The position numbers were made by a program, and so were the translations under genes. The notes under the pieces are model-generated. The model ran no database searches, was not told the DNA's origin, and was given only the letters and a program-made list of their open reading frames with translations. From Selaginella moellendorffii (Eukaryota > Plantae > Lycopodiophyta): a DNA stretch of 64,000 bases. The first letter of the stretch is position 1. Each line of letters starts with the position of its first letter. The DNA lies in the NCBI RefSeq assembly GCF_000143415.4, contig NW_003314288.1, forward strand, positions 1,302,056 to 1,366,055. The letters are read 5' to 3'. This document shows, piece after piece, positions 11,530 through 22,853 of the stretch.

Positions 11530-12410
11530 GTGAAGAAATTTATACCATCTATCATTATGCTTACAGGATTGTTCTTACATGCTTCTAGCATGACAATCCA
11601 AAATGCTCGGCATTTAAGTCGATTCTCCCCGTTAGAAATAAAGAAGATCACTAGTGGGATGTCCTATCTCATCAATTCCCTTAAAAAGCTTTGGTTCCCC
11701 TTAAACCTTATAGCATTAATGAGCCCCGGACACCACAATGATGGTTTTGAAAATCTGTTTCTACTTATATTGCATGACGGTATGTGGAGAGGGCGAGCAT
11801 GATCATCCAAGAACACATTGACAAGTTTTGGATGGCTGGATCGGAGGTGAAGGCTTACCCCCTCGTGAAGAAGGCCTTGTTCTCGCTCGTCTTTAGCTTG
11901 TTCTTGAGTATCTCGGACGAGGAGGAGGAGAGGGAGCTCCTGGCTCCTTTCCAGGATTTCTTGCAAGGGTTGCTTGAGCTGCTGATCGACTTGCCAGGGA
12001 CAATGTTTCGTTGGCATACCAGGCTGTGAAATAAACAGTTATGAATTTAGATGATAAAGCAATAGATTGCTCTTGAGTCACTAAACAAGTGCTAAGTAGC
12101 AATAGTTATGGAACAATGTTAGTAATTTCAAAACTCTTTGGAATTGATTATGTCTCATGGAAAGAAAGGTCACAATGAATTAAATAGTTATATCAAACAT
12201 TGGAATGTTTCAGTTCCCCTTCACGGTCATAATCTCATAATGTATATAGAAGTGTCTTTTTAATCCATGATTGGTATTCAAGCTTAGAAGATTGTTTGCC
12301 TTTTGAGACAAGTGTCATCAGTGGCTTTATCTTGATGAACCATATGTGTTACAATCAAAGAATGGATGTTATCAAGCTATGATTGCAACTTTGTTCTATA
12401 TGACTAAATG
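11530..12410 (+). pseudogene. Pseudogene copy A of the orphan secreted-protein family (paralog of 39951-40910), interrupted by foreign DNA
   Basis: SSMTIQNARHLSRFSPLEIKKITSGMSYLINSLK aligns with SSMTIRYARHPGRFSIPETRKITSAISYVIRSLK. Similarity resumes at ~12100 with YGTMLVISKLFGIDYVSW, HWNVS and IHDWYSSLEDCLPFETSVISGF, with frameshifts. Confidence 0.85.
11778..12012 (+). pseudogene. Isolated internal fragment of a cytochrome P450 (CYP85-clan, CYP716/725-like)
   Basis: GC-richer island translating RYVERASMIIQEHIDKFW...VKAYPLVKKALFSLVFSLFLSI...F..GLLELLIDLPGTMF, typical of the D-F helix region. It has no start, stop or heme motif. Confidence 0.7.
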
Positions 12411-12540
12411 GAAGAAATCTTTATAAATTAAAAATAAAACATTAATCTAAATAAATGACAACCATTAAATGGTAGAATATCCTAGAATATCTAGGTATAT
12501 TCTTTGTATAGGTTTTCTTAAGCAAACCAACAAGATCTTC
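12410..12540. repeat. AT-rich dispersed repeat; inverted copy at ~44690-44830
   Basis: tttataaatt...attaatctaaataaatgacaacc...atggtagaatatcctagaatat matches the reverse complement of 44715-44810. Confidence 0.6.
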
Positions 12541-15185
12541 TTTATTTGTTATGTGGAGAAAGCATGTTTAAACTCATAAAAAGGGGAAATCAGTTAAATA
12601 AGAAGAGAAAGATAAGAGAATTAAAAGAAGAAGAAAGGTCATAAGCACTTAAAGGAGCTAATAATAATGTAAGTTTTCCTATAATCATAAACAATGTGCC
12701 TTTTGGTCTTGGGAGCATCTATGAGTAGAGTTTCACTTCCCTACCTTGAAGTGTTGCATATAAGAGTTGAGTATGGTGGTGTAGGGTCTTGAGTCACAAT
12801 AAATGGTACTCCAATTTTTAATGAAGTGCTTACTAAAGGATTATTTGGTTATCATTTTTTGTATAGAACAGGAGATCCCACTACTTACACTCTGGTTTGG
12901 TCAAATCTTGTTACATTTAATGTATTCTGCATTTCTAAACAAAGTTTGTCATCAGAATAAAAGAGCACATATAGACACATTCTTGATAACTTATAGAGTG
13001 AGTGCACTACTTGCTTATACAACCTAATTGAAATCAAAGTGTCCACACCTCTCATTGTAGCTATTATAGAGCTATATCAACTCTGATTGCAATTTCAAGG
13101 CCGTCCACTTTCCCCAAAGTTTGCCATTTATATTAATACATTGAAGACAATGATTGCATTCAAGGCAGCACTCAATAGCTAGAAAACCAAGAAAGATAAC
13201 CTAATTATGTTTGAATCTCAATAATATGTAAAAAATGAGCAATTGATCTACATAAAAGTACTATTTGGGAAAATCAATTGCATGGAGATCATGGGTTTTT
13301 ATCCAATGAGAGCTTGGAGACAAGTAAAGATCTTCACAAATATGCTTGAAACAGCCAACATATTATCATGTTTGGCCAAGTATATATAAATATCTAGGGT
13401 ATTTCATCCACAAAAATAAATGGCTACAAGTGCATACTTTGCACTTCAATCAACTCTCCATATTATAAAGTTAAATGGCAATTTTTCTTGACAAAAATTC
13501 TATGTAATCAGAAGTTACTGATTCAGGTATGACTAATGCTAAGGAAATAGTAGAGCTACAATACCAATCAATTTTTGCAAACTATAAAATATAAGGTTTT
13601 ATCACCAATTCTATGTATATAACTCCTTTTGCAAGGGTATAACCTTCAAATGCTCTTTTCCAATGAAGCCCTTACTTTTTCTCTACCACTTGAGCCCAAT
13701 CTATTACCAATGAAGTACCTGCCATTCACTTTCCACATGGCATTTGATGGCCATAAGTGGAGTTTCACTAAAATACATACCTAGGGTATAGTGGAGATAT
13801 GGTGTTAGCTATGGTGGATGGAAGTGAAATAATCATGATGATCAGTAGATTTGGGTCTCTTAGGATTTTTCCCCCATCTAACCCTTTATCCAAGCACAAA
13901 AAATGGTAAAACAAGAGTTTTTATTTTTTATTTTTTACCTCAATGAATCTTGACATGTCGAAGGGGCTACAATAAGGTTTTTTCAATATTGTCAACTTTG
14001 TGTAAATTGCATAAGCTCTTCTTCACTTGCTTCTCCCCCACCTCCTAGATGGGTGGCATAAAGGCAACTTTGGATCCTATTGAGTATAAGGATGTATCAT
14101 CGACAAAATTCTCCTTTGGCATTAGCAGATATATATCTCACCTTTGTGATTTGATTTTTTTCTAGTTCCATCCTTGATGCTATAAGAAAAAACAGATAGA
14201 ATCTATGAATAAGTCTAATCATTTTCTCAATTCTTATTCTAATTCTTTGCCTAGAAAGCCTCTATTCTCAATTTTTTTCCTTTAGGATTTAATTAATTTT
14301 TTTCTCCTTCTCTTTTTTCTCAAGACAAAGAAAGTGTCCCTTACTGTACCTAGTGTTTTCAAATTGAGAGCTGTGCCAAGCTGTATCCATCCAACAAAAC
14401 CTAAACCATAAGAGATGTAAATTGACAATGAGTGGGATAATTTGAATTGCTGACAGTCACCATATGGAAGCAAGAAAGTTGAAGTTTTAAGGGTGGGTTA
14501 CTAGCTGCCAAATCTTACCCATATTGTCTGACATTAGTAATGTGGACAAAGTGACAACATAAATCCTACATAAATGCAATGTATGTCCATGCCTAATCAC
14601 TATAGGTCTTAATGGAAATATAAAGATTAGTGATTATATTCCTAGGGCCCCCATATGGCCATCAAGTTCTGCTCCACTATCCTCATATGTTCACAGGTTA
14701 TATTTCACTCTATGGTTATCCTATAGTAAATCACCATAAGGTAAAAGGTAAAAATCACATATGTAAGGTGGGTAAGCCTCACTTCTAGTGGGTGTGGGTT
14801 GGGATATATTTTTGGGATACTTGTAAAAGGCAATATGATTGCATAATAACTATTGGCCTCTTGTAAAAGATGATGGTTAGATTACATAGTTCAATCTTAT
14901 TAATTTCAATTTATTACAGAAAAACTAATTCTTGAAGCTATTGTAACACTTTTATGTACTTTACTTAGAGGGTAAGTTTTTGAATATGTTATTGTCTAAC
15001 TTCAGCAATTTAATATAGATATACTTGCCTCATTCAAAAGAAACATTCCACTATTGTTTTGGCATAAAACAAAATCTATATGGGATCTCAAAGTTAATAG
15101 AAGGCTTGTGATAATAACTCATAAGCTGAGAGTTCACCTATAAATCATAGTGTCATTATATATCCAATTAGGCACTATAGAGAGA

Positions 15186-15223
<38 letters not shown>
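15186..15223 (+). repeat. (ATT)n microsatellite
   Basis: About 12 perfect TAT/ATT units. Confidence 0.95.
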
Positions 15224-15224
<1 letters not shown>

Positions 15225-15519
15225 AGTATTTACAAAGGCTCCACAACTTAAATATACAAACACAGCATAAAACAAAGTTTTGAGTATTAGATTCCAGGAC
15301 ATGGCATCATGACAAGCTCAATATGAAAATACATGTATGTATATTGTTCATTTGGCATAAGGCAAAGTCTTAGTTCTTGGACAGCTAAATGTGGTGGGAT
15401 CCTCAAAGAATTATTGTTAAAAGCCAAGGAGTGAAAGAATATATAATTAATATGGAGCAACAATTATAAAATAGAATTTTATTTATAGAAAAAAAAGATT
15501 TTACACGAAGAGGTTTGTA

Positions 15520-15890
15520 TGCATTTGATATGCTGAAAGATTCTCCCAATTAAAATAAAGAAGATTACTAGTGCTATTTCCTAACTCATTCAATCATTTC
15601 AAAAACACCCTTATTATTCTGTAGGAGTTGTCACAGATAAGTATAGTGCCACTATACACCTTTGGTTTTTCAGCATTGATTACAACTTTAGAGCCAACAC
15701 TTGTTCTATAGCTCCTAACCCCAATAGTATCTTGTCTTCTAATATCATGCAATATGAGTATAAAAATATCTATGAAACTATCATTAGAGTCTCAAGTATT
15801 TAGAACAATGTCAGTTATATCCAAACTTTTGGATATTGATTATATTTCATGGCCTGCCAAGAATGGTCACAATGAATTAAAAGCTAGTGA
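15520..15890 (+). pseudogene. Pseudogene copy B (partial) of the orphan secreted-protein family
   Basis: aagaagattactagtgctatttcct (KKITSAIS), ctttggtttttcagcattg (LWFFSI), CSIAPNP...SNIMQYEY and VISKLLDIDYISWPAKNGHNELKAS are collinear with 40060-40430, with stops and frameshifts. Confidence 0.85.
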
Positions 15891-18418
15891 CAGCAAGAAG
15901 TGTTCATATTCATATTTTGCCTATTCAAGTGCTTGGAAAAAGCTCAAAAGTGTTCCTCATCAAGATCTAGTGCTAGTGTTGGGAGCTTTGCCACATCTAG
16001 TTAGAGCATGAAAGTGAGAGTGGGATATTCCTTGAATATCCCAAGATCCATGTATAAAGCTTACCAAGATTTAGGGCTTTGGAGCTAGCCTTGACAGTGT
16101 GCTTACATTATTGGGTTATCTTGTAGGCAATGACTTTTCCTTGGCCTGAGCTGCCATCTAGTGCCTCTGTGGCAATGAGCTTCTTCCTCTAAGCCCTATC
16201 TAAATCATTGAGATAACTTTCTTCTTGCCAAAACTCAACAAAGATGGTGTTGACTAAAATAGAAAACTTTCGTACTAATTTTGAGAAGTCTGGAGCAAGC
16301 TATTGTCAGCTAGGGGTTGTTCCTAAATGCACTGTGTCCTCAGTGCTCACTGCTCCAGATGCAAAGGATGATGGACTCCACATTTGGAGTGGAAGTTGAA
16401 GTCCACATAAGTTGAAATGCTATCACCCTGGATCAAGATGTCTCAACAAACTCCTAGAGGCACCACTATATTTTTTGTAAAGTTTTGAGTAGTATAGTTA
16501 TGTTCTTTGAAGGAGAAAAGTGCAAAGCCTTCAATAGGTGAGAATAAATCATGTTAGTTGAAGATTCAGTCCTTTGCTAGTATGATCCACTAATCAAAAC
16601 ATTTGCAATAAATGCCTTGGGATCTGGGGATGATTTCAAGTCCATGACTTGGATTGAATGTGGGCCTTTTACAGGAGCCCTTTGCACCAGACTTTTCTTT
16701 GTTCTTATCCTTTAAACTAGAGGATATTTAAGCTAAATACAAATTCATAAAATATGTGTTATGTAACAAATATTTAATCTAAAGCTAATGATATTTTTGA
16801 GAGTTTAAATAAAAGATAATGTATTTTGAGATTAATCTTATAATTATTATTACAATAGTTTGTTAATATAGTCTATTTATGCAAGTGAATGCTTTGTCAC
16901 AGCTCATGAAAATCTTAGAAACATATAGTATTAACACATTTATTTCTTATATGTATATATATTTTAATAGATTCTCATATCAACAATTTTTCTATCACAC
17001 TCAAACACTTTTAAAGACTGATTTCTATCTGATACATCATAGTTGGATTAAGATGATAAATTATACCAATATCCAAATATATATTAAGTATCTTGGTTTA
17101 CTTATTTATTTTAAATATTAATTTCTTTATTTAAAAGATTTGAATTATTATAAATGAATTCTTAACTTGGATATATTTTAAAATTATTATGTTTAATGAG
17201 TGACTTAAATGTTGTGAAAAGTAGTCAAAATATAATATTATATCAAAAGTTGAAGTATCTCTCTTGATCAGGGATTGGCAAGGCATGGGGCAAAGCAACA
17301 ACTTAAAAAATGCCTTTGACACATATGCACATGCTGCTCTTGTTGGAGAAGCATTTTATATTCCTTGAATTTCGCTAATGCTAATTCCATGGCTGAAGTC
17401 ATCTACTCAACTGCTGGTTAGGGTTTGATAATGCAACTAGCAGCCCATAGAGGGCCTTGAACTTAAAAGAAACTCCAGCTCCCAAAATATCTCCATCTCA
17501 AGCTTAGGAGGAGCAATAGCTCAAATTGGTTGAGGAGCTCCAAGACTTGAGACTCCTAGCAAAGACACATCCTCCTCATCGTCCACACTAGTGTGATGAA
17601 TATTGCTTGAACGCTCTTGATACAACATGCTATTGGCATCTCCACTCGGAGCTGTGTCCTCCTCAACAGCAGCTGGTCTAGAGGCAGCTGTTTGCAGATC
17701 ACTCTGCTCTGGCATCATCCTCATCTGGGAGATTCTCCAGCAATGAGCCATCGACGCAACACTATCTATGTCTATCAATCATGAAAAAGCTCCAGCTCAC
17801 ATCAACATGATCAAAACTTATGAGAAAGAGGCACAGAAGCAGCAACTTGCCATGCCCAAAAGTAGAAAGCCATAGCTGCCCAGAAAGGAGATCCAAATCC
17901 CAAGGATTCCTCTCCAACAACACTCACAGCATGCAAGCTACCAGTTCCTTCGGTTTTTCCACTTGATCCCACACAAGAAAATCTTCCAAGACCAGCTACT
18001 TGCACTAAGAGACCCAGTGGAGAACTCCATCCAGCATTTGCTTGACATGCAAGTTTCCCTCTCACTGGGTGATCGTTTGCAAGCAGCTCCAGGAATCGGG
18101 CAGCAATTGAAGGCAATAGCCAGAGCGTCCAATCCAGCTCTTTCTCCCACTCTACCAGCAGACTGTGAGCACAAAGGCATCCTCAGATCCTGGAGTGTAC
18201 ATTATCCCTGCAAAGATGGAGTCCACTGTCAACAAATATCATCTCTCTAGAGCCAGTCTGACCATTTGGGTGACATTCAGAAAATTTAGATTTAAAAGTT
18301 TATATTTGATATTAGAAGGGTGATCTCATAGTAAATTTAAATTTAAAAGTTACATTTGGTATTAAAAAATATTTTATTAGTTGGCTATGGGTGCTTGGAA
18401 TGTGGCATAATGATCCTT

Positions 18419-18525
18419 AAACCTACTGGAGTAATGGGAAGATTTCTTAAACATCTCAACAATCATGATATCGGTCTGCATGTTTAAAAAAGAACTGGCA
18501 CCTTTCCCACTGGTCCAGTAGGTTT
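18419..18525. repeat. 107-bp imperfect inverted repeat (MITE-like hairpin) upstream of PPR1
   Basis: Perfect 12-bp termini AAACCTACTGGA / TCCAGTAGGTTT, with inner pairings tgggaa/ttccca and ttaaacat/atgtttaa. Confidence 0.6.
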
Positions 18526-18648
18526 TTCCTAAACACTCTGCATCCTGCTTACAATCGTCTAGAAGGAAGCTTTGATCTTAACAAAGGAAACACAAACTTG
18601 CCCGTGTTTCCCGCGCTTCTAAGAGAGAAATTTGTTCTAGGGCTCTTG

Positions 18649-20694
18649 ATGGAGAATGCGAGGAGGGAGAGCGATCCCTCCTCGCAGTTCTCGGCACTTC
18701 TTCGATCGTGCAGGGATTTGGAGCAGGCACGGCGGCTCCACGCTCGGATCTTGGCCAGCGCCGAGTGCCGCCACGACAAGCTCCTCGCCAATCTCTGCGT
18801 GGAGATGTATGGCAAATGCGGCGGCGTGCGCGATGCCAGGTACGCTTTCGATGCTATCCAGGAGCCGAATGGCTACTCCTGGAACATCTTGCTCCAAGCT
18901 TACGCTCACAATGGCTGCTTGGATCAGGCCCGGGAGACGTTCCAGCGGATGCCCCGGAGGGATCTCACGGCATGGAACACGATGATCACGGCGAGTTCTC
19001 GCGGCGGCAGCGTGGATGAGGCGAAGCGCCTGTTTGATTCCATGCCCCAGCACGACGTCGTCTCGTGGACAGCCATGATCCAGGCGCTTGGTCGAAACGG
19101 GCATTTGGAGGACGCAGGTAAGCTCTTCTCTTTGATGCCTGAGAGGAATGCGATCACTGAGACTGCGATGATCCAGGCCTATGGCGAGAGCTCTCGCGTC
19201 GATTTAGCAGTTGAGATCTTCAACAAAATTCCAGAGAGGAACCTCTTGTCGTGGACTTCCATGCTCGCTGCATATGCCCAGGACGGGCATATTGAAGAGG
19301 CTCGCGCGGTCTTTAACAACATGCCCGAGCACGATCTCGTCGCGCTCACCTCAATGCTCACAGTGCACATCCAGTCGGGGGATCTCGAGCAAGCCAAGGC
19401 CATCTTCGATCGAATGCCCGACCAGGACATCATCTCCCAGACAGCGATGATCCAGGCCTTCTCGCAAAACGGCCAGCTCCGAGAGGCCGAGCTCATCTTC
19501 GAGGAGATGCCCGTCCAGAACATAGTCTCGTGCACGGCACTTCTCTCCTCGTACGCTCAGAGCGGCGATCTGGATCGGGCAAAGCAGATGTTTGACAAGA
19601 TGCCGCAGCGAGACGCCATCGCCTGGACGTCTCTCGTCGCCGCCTACGCTCAGAGCAATCACTTCGAGGAGGCCAGGAGCTTGTTCGACCGCATGCCAGT
19701 CCACAACTTGGTGCTCGCCACGGCCATCCTGCGAATGTACTCGCAGCTCGGGAGGATCGACGAGGCCGAGGCGGTGTTCGACAAAATGGTGGCGAAAGAC
19801 ATCCTGGCTTGGAACACGATGCTGGCGGCCTACTCGCAGCACGGCTACATCGAAGAACTGCGAACCACTTTCGACGCTATGCCCGAGAGGGATATCGTCT
19901 CGTGGAACATCGTTGTGGCGAGCTATGCGCAGCAGGGGCACGTCGACGAAGCTCGAAAGCTCTTCTCCAGCATGCCACAGTGGGACTGCGTTTCCTGGAC
20001 GATCATGATCGCGGGCTATGCCCGGAACGGGTATATGCGACGGGCGAGGAGCACTTTCGACGCCATGCCACTGGTGTCTTCCGAGCTCGTCTTCTCCAGC
20101 GCGATGTTCACGGCTTATGCTCTGGCCGAGAGCTTCTCCGACGCCATGGAGTTTTTCTACGCCATGAACGCCGAAGGATCACTCCAGCCCGACGATGTCA
20201 CCTTCACGAGCGTGCTTGGCGGATGCAGCCACGCGGGATTGTTTTCTCGGGGACTCGGCTACTTCCGATCGATGGTCTTCGACTTCGACGTGGATCCTGT
20301 CCGCGAGCACTACAGCTGCGTGGTTGACATCCTCGGCCGGTTTGGACAGCTCGAAGAGGCCGAGGAGGTTCTGGATTCTATGCCGTTTGAACCGGATGCC
20401 GCGAGCTGGGGGGCTCTTCTCGGTGGCTGCGGGATTCATCGCGACGTCCAGCGTGGAGAGCGAGCGGCAGAGAATGCACTCAAGCTGGATCCGAGCGAGG
20501 ACGGCGTTCGGATGCTCTTAGCCAACATCTATGGAGCTGTTGGTCGGACGCAGGACATGATCAGGCTCAAAAACACCGTTCGGATGCTGAGAAGCCGCAA
20601 GCTCCAACTAAAACGAGAGTGTTCTCACAAGACAATGGAAAGCTTCCCTTACCAGCGTGAAGGCTCGACTGCGGGATCAACAGCCTCGTGGTGA
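18649..20694 (+). CDS. PLS-class pentatricopeptide repeat protein with E extension, no DYW (PPR1); intronless
   Basis: First ATG at 18649 (MENARRE). Has MYGKCG, a run of ~31-aa repeats (VSWTAMIQA...A..LF..MP), PDDVTFTSVLGGCSHAG, HYSCVVDILGR and the E motif PDAASWGALLGGC...LLANIY. Confidence 0.93.
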   Translation: MENARRESDPSSQFSALLRSCRDLEQARRLHARILASAECRHDKLLANLCVEMYGKCGGVRDARYAFDAIQEPNGYSWNILLQAYAHNGCLDQARETFQRMPRRDLTAWNTMITASSRGGSVDEAKRLFDSMPQHDVVSWTAMIQALGRNGHLEDAGKLFSLMPERNAITETAMIQAYGESSRVDLAVEIFNKIPERNLLSWTSMLAAYAQDGHIEEARAVFNNMPEHDLVALTSMLTVHIQSGDLEQAKAIFDRMPDQDIISQTAMIQAFSQNGQLREAELIFEEMPVQNIVSCTALLSSYAQSGDLDRAKQMFDKMPQRDAIAWTSLVAAYAQSNHFEEARSLFDRMPVHNLVLATAILRMYSQLGRIDEAEAVFDKMVAKDILAWNTMLAAYSQHGYIEELRTTFDAMPERDIVSWNIVVASYAQQGHVDEARKLFSSMPQWDCVSWTIMIAGYARNGYMRRARSTFDAMPLVSSELVFSSAMFTAYALAESFSDAMEFFYAMNAEGSLQPDDVTFTSVLGGCSHAGLFSRGLGYFRSMVFDFDVDPVREHYSCVVDILGRFGQLEEAEEVLDSMPFEPDAASWGALLGGCGIHRDVQRGERAAENALKLDPSEDGVRMLLANIYGAVGRTQDMIRLKNTVRMLRSRKLQLKRECSHKTMESFPYQREGSTAGSTASW

Positions 20695-22139
20695 TCTTGC
20701 AACAAGTTTTTCTGCTCAAAACTTTCCGGGACAACCTCTCCGTCGATCATCGGGGACTGTTGCTGCTGCTGCTGCGCTGCTGCTTTCTCGGTGTACATGT
20801 TGGCGAGAAGCTGATACATCGACTTGTTCTCGGGGTCCAGCTCCATGAGATGCTGCGCAGCTTGCGCAGCGCGCTTGAAGTCGCCGTGCATTCTACACGA
20901 GCTCAAGTAGCTCGTCCAAGCAACAGGTCCTGGGAAGAATGGCATTTCGTGGAGAAGCTCCTCGGCATGACCCAGCTGCTTTGCTCGGCCCAGGACCTCC
21001 ACCATGCAGCCGTAGTGATCGAGCTCGGGCCGCAGTCCATACTGGGTGATCATCGACACGAAGTGCTCGTGAGCTCTCTTCACTTTGCCTCCGCGGTTGC
21101 ATCCTATCAGTAGACCCACGAAAGTGCTCTCGGTGGGCTTGAGTCCCTCGAGGTTGAGCTCCCGGAAGAGCTCCACGGCGGTCTTGTACGAGGCATTCTC
21201 GGCATAGCCAGCGATGAGCGTGTTCCAGGAGATGATATCAAACTCGGGCATCGTCGCGAAGAGCTCTCGGCCTCTGGAGAGATAGCCGGTGTTTGCAAAC
21301 GCTGTGATCATGGTATTCCACGACGCGAGCTCCAGCTGCGGCATCATCTCGAAAGTCCTGCTGGCCTCCGCCAAGCGCCCTCTTTGGGCAAATGCTGCGA
21401 GTAAAGCGTTCCACGACACCACGTTCCGGCAAGGCACGGATTCGAAGAAGTGTAGCGCGTCCTCTGGGCTGGAGTTAACCGAAAATGCCTGGAGCATTAA
21501 ATTCCACGAGAGATCGTTCTTGAGCGGCATGGTGTCGAATATAGTAAACGCTTCACGCAAATGCCCGTATTGGGCATATGCTGTGACCATGGCGTTCCCT
21601 GCGATTGTGTCGTGCTGGGGCATTCTCTGGAAGATCGCCTCCGCCTCAGCGATGTGCCCGGACTGGGAGTAGACCGCGACGACCGCAGTCCAGGAGATGA
21701 CGTTTCTTGGCCACATTCGATCGAACAAGAACTTGGCCCCTTCCAGATCCCCACACTGGGCATGCGCCTTGAGCATGAGATTCCAGGAAACGGCATCGCG
21801 ATCCGGCATCCGATCAAAGAGCTCCCGCGCGGAATCCAGCTGCCGCTCCTGCGCGTACGCCGACACGATCGCATTCCAGGAGAAGGTATTGGGAGAATCG
21901 AGGCCATCAAACACCGCCCTCGCCTCCTCCAAGCTCCCGCAACGGGCGTACATTGTGATGAGGAGATTGCCGAGGAATGTGTTGCCGCTGTGCCGGCTGT
22001 GGAGGATCCGCGAGTGGCAATCCCGCGCTCGCGCCAGGCTCCCGGTCGCCGCGCACTGCCGGATCGACGCGGCGAAGGCGGAGACATCGCGGGCCGGATC
22101 AAAAACCTCAGTGTGGAGCCATCGCCCTAACACCCGCAT
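20649..22139 (-). CDS. PLS-class PPR protein with truncated E extension, no DYW (PPR2); intronless
   Basis: The ORF is open to 22442, but the upstream part runs antisense through TFC-A exon 1, so the likely start is ATG 22139 (MRVLGRWLH, organellar presequence-like) or 22214. Has MYARCGSL, 31-aa repeats, HYGCMVEVLGR, PGPVAWTSYLSSC and a poly-Q tail. Confidence 0.9.
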   Translation of the reverse strand: MRVLGRWLHTEVFDPARDVSAFAASIRQCAATGSLARARDCHSRILHSRHSGNTFLGNLLITMYARCGSLEEARAVFDGLDSPNTFSWNAIVSAYAQERQLDSARELFDRMPDRDAVSWNLMLKAHAQCGDLEGAKFLFDRMWPRNVISWTAVVAVYSQSGHIAEAEAIFQRMPQHDTIAGNAMVTAYAQYGHLREAFTIFDTMPLKNDLSWNLMLQAFSVNSSPEDALHFFESVPCRNVVSWNALLAAFAQRGRLAEASRTFEMMPQLELASWNTMITAFANTGYLSRGRELFATMPEFDIISWNTLIAGYAENASYKTAVELFRELNLEGLKPTESTFVGLLIGCNRGGKVKRAHEHFVSMITQYGLRPELDHYGCMVEVLGRAKQLGHAEELLHEMPFFPGPVAWTSYLSSCRMHGDFKRAAQAAQHLMELDPENKSMYQLLANMYTEKAAAQQQQQQSPMIDGEVVPESFEQKNLLQDHHEAVDPAVEPSRW

Positions 22140-22298
22140 ATTCCATTTTGAAAGTTCCTTGGTTGCGAATATACTCCTCGCAGTTGACGGAATGTTCTGT
22201 ATGGCTGACGGCATATGCTTTTGCGGTTTGTTTAAGTTAAACCGCTTCCTCCCTATAACGGTGTTTTGGGCGCAAAGATCTCTCACTCTCTCTCGGCT

Positions 22299-22770
22299 AT
22301 GGCGGGACTCCCAGGGCTCAAGACGCTCAAGATCAAGACGGGGACGTGCAAGCGCGTCCACAAGGAGCTCAAATCCTACGAGAAGGAGGTGGAGAGAGAG
22401 AGCGCCAAGACGGCGTCCATGCGAGAGAATGGCGCCGATCAATTCGACCTCAAGCAGCAGGTCTTTTCTTTGATCTCTTCGGGTTCTAGCTCAGGAACTC
22501 TAGCACTGTCTCAAACTCCTTGCCTGATCCAGGAGAATGTGCTGGTGGAATCGAGAATGATGGTGCCGGATTGCCGCAAGAGGCTCGAGGCTGCTGTGGC
22601 CGATCTGGAAGCCCTCATCGTGAGTGATTCACTACTGTTCATCCTCTTACTCTCGATTCTTTCTCTCCGTGTTCTAGGCCGAAGTTGAGGATGACGAGGC
22701 GATGCTTGAGACGGCCGAGCTACAAGCAGCGAAGGAAGTTCTCGCAGATGTCAAGCCTTGCATTAGTTAG
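22299..22770 (+). CDS. TFCA: Tubulin-folding cofactor A (3 exons)
   Basis: LKTLKIKTGTCKRVHKELKSYEKEVERE...GADQFDLKQQ|ENVLVESRMMVPDCRKRLEAA. Stop TAG at 22768-22770. Confidence 0.95.
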
Positions 22771-22853
22771 ACGCAAGAAAAACGGATCTAGAGAGTCGAG
22801 CTGTAGACACCACTTACAGATGAAACCAAAGCTTGCAAAAGTTTGATCTTCGA

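Noticed and set aside
22140-22442. 101-aa N-terminal extension of PPR2
   Set aside because: It starts at a non-ATG codon and overlaps TFC-A exon 1 in antisense; a downstream ATG is more plausible.
18637-22473. Numerous overlapping ORFs across the GC-rich PPR genes (likewise across the SLT1-like, FBPase and RRA genes)
   Set aside because: Expected shadow ORFs of high-GC3 coding sequence.
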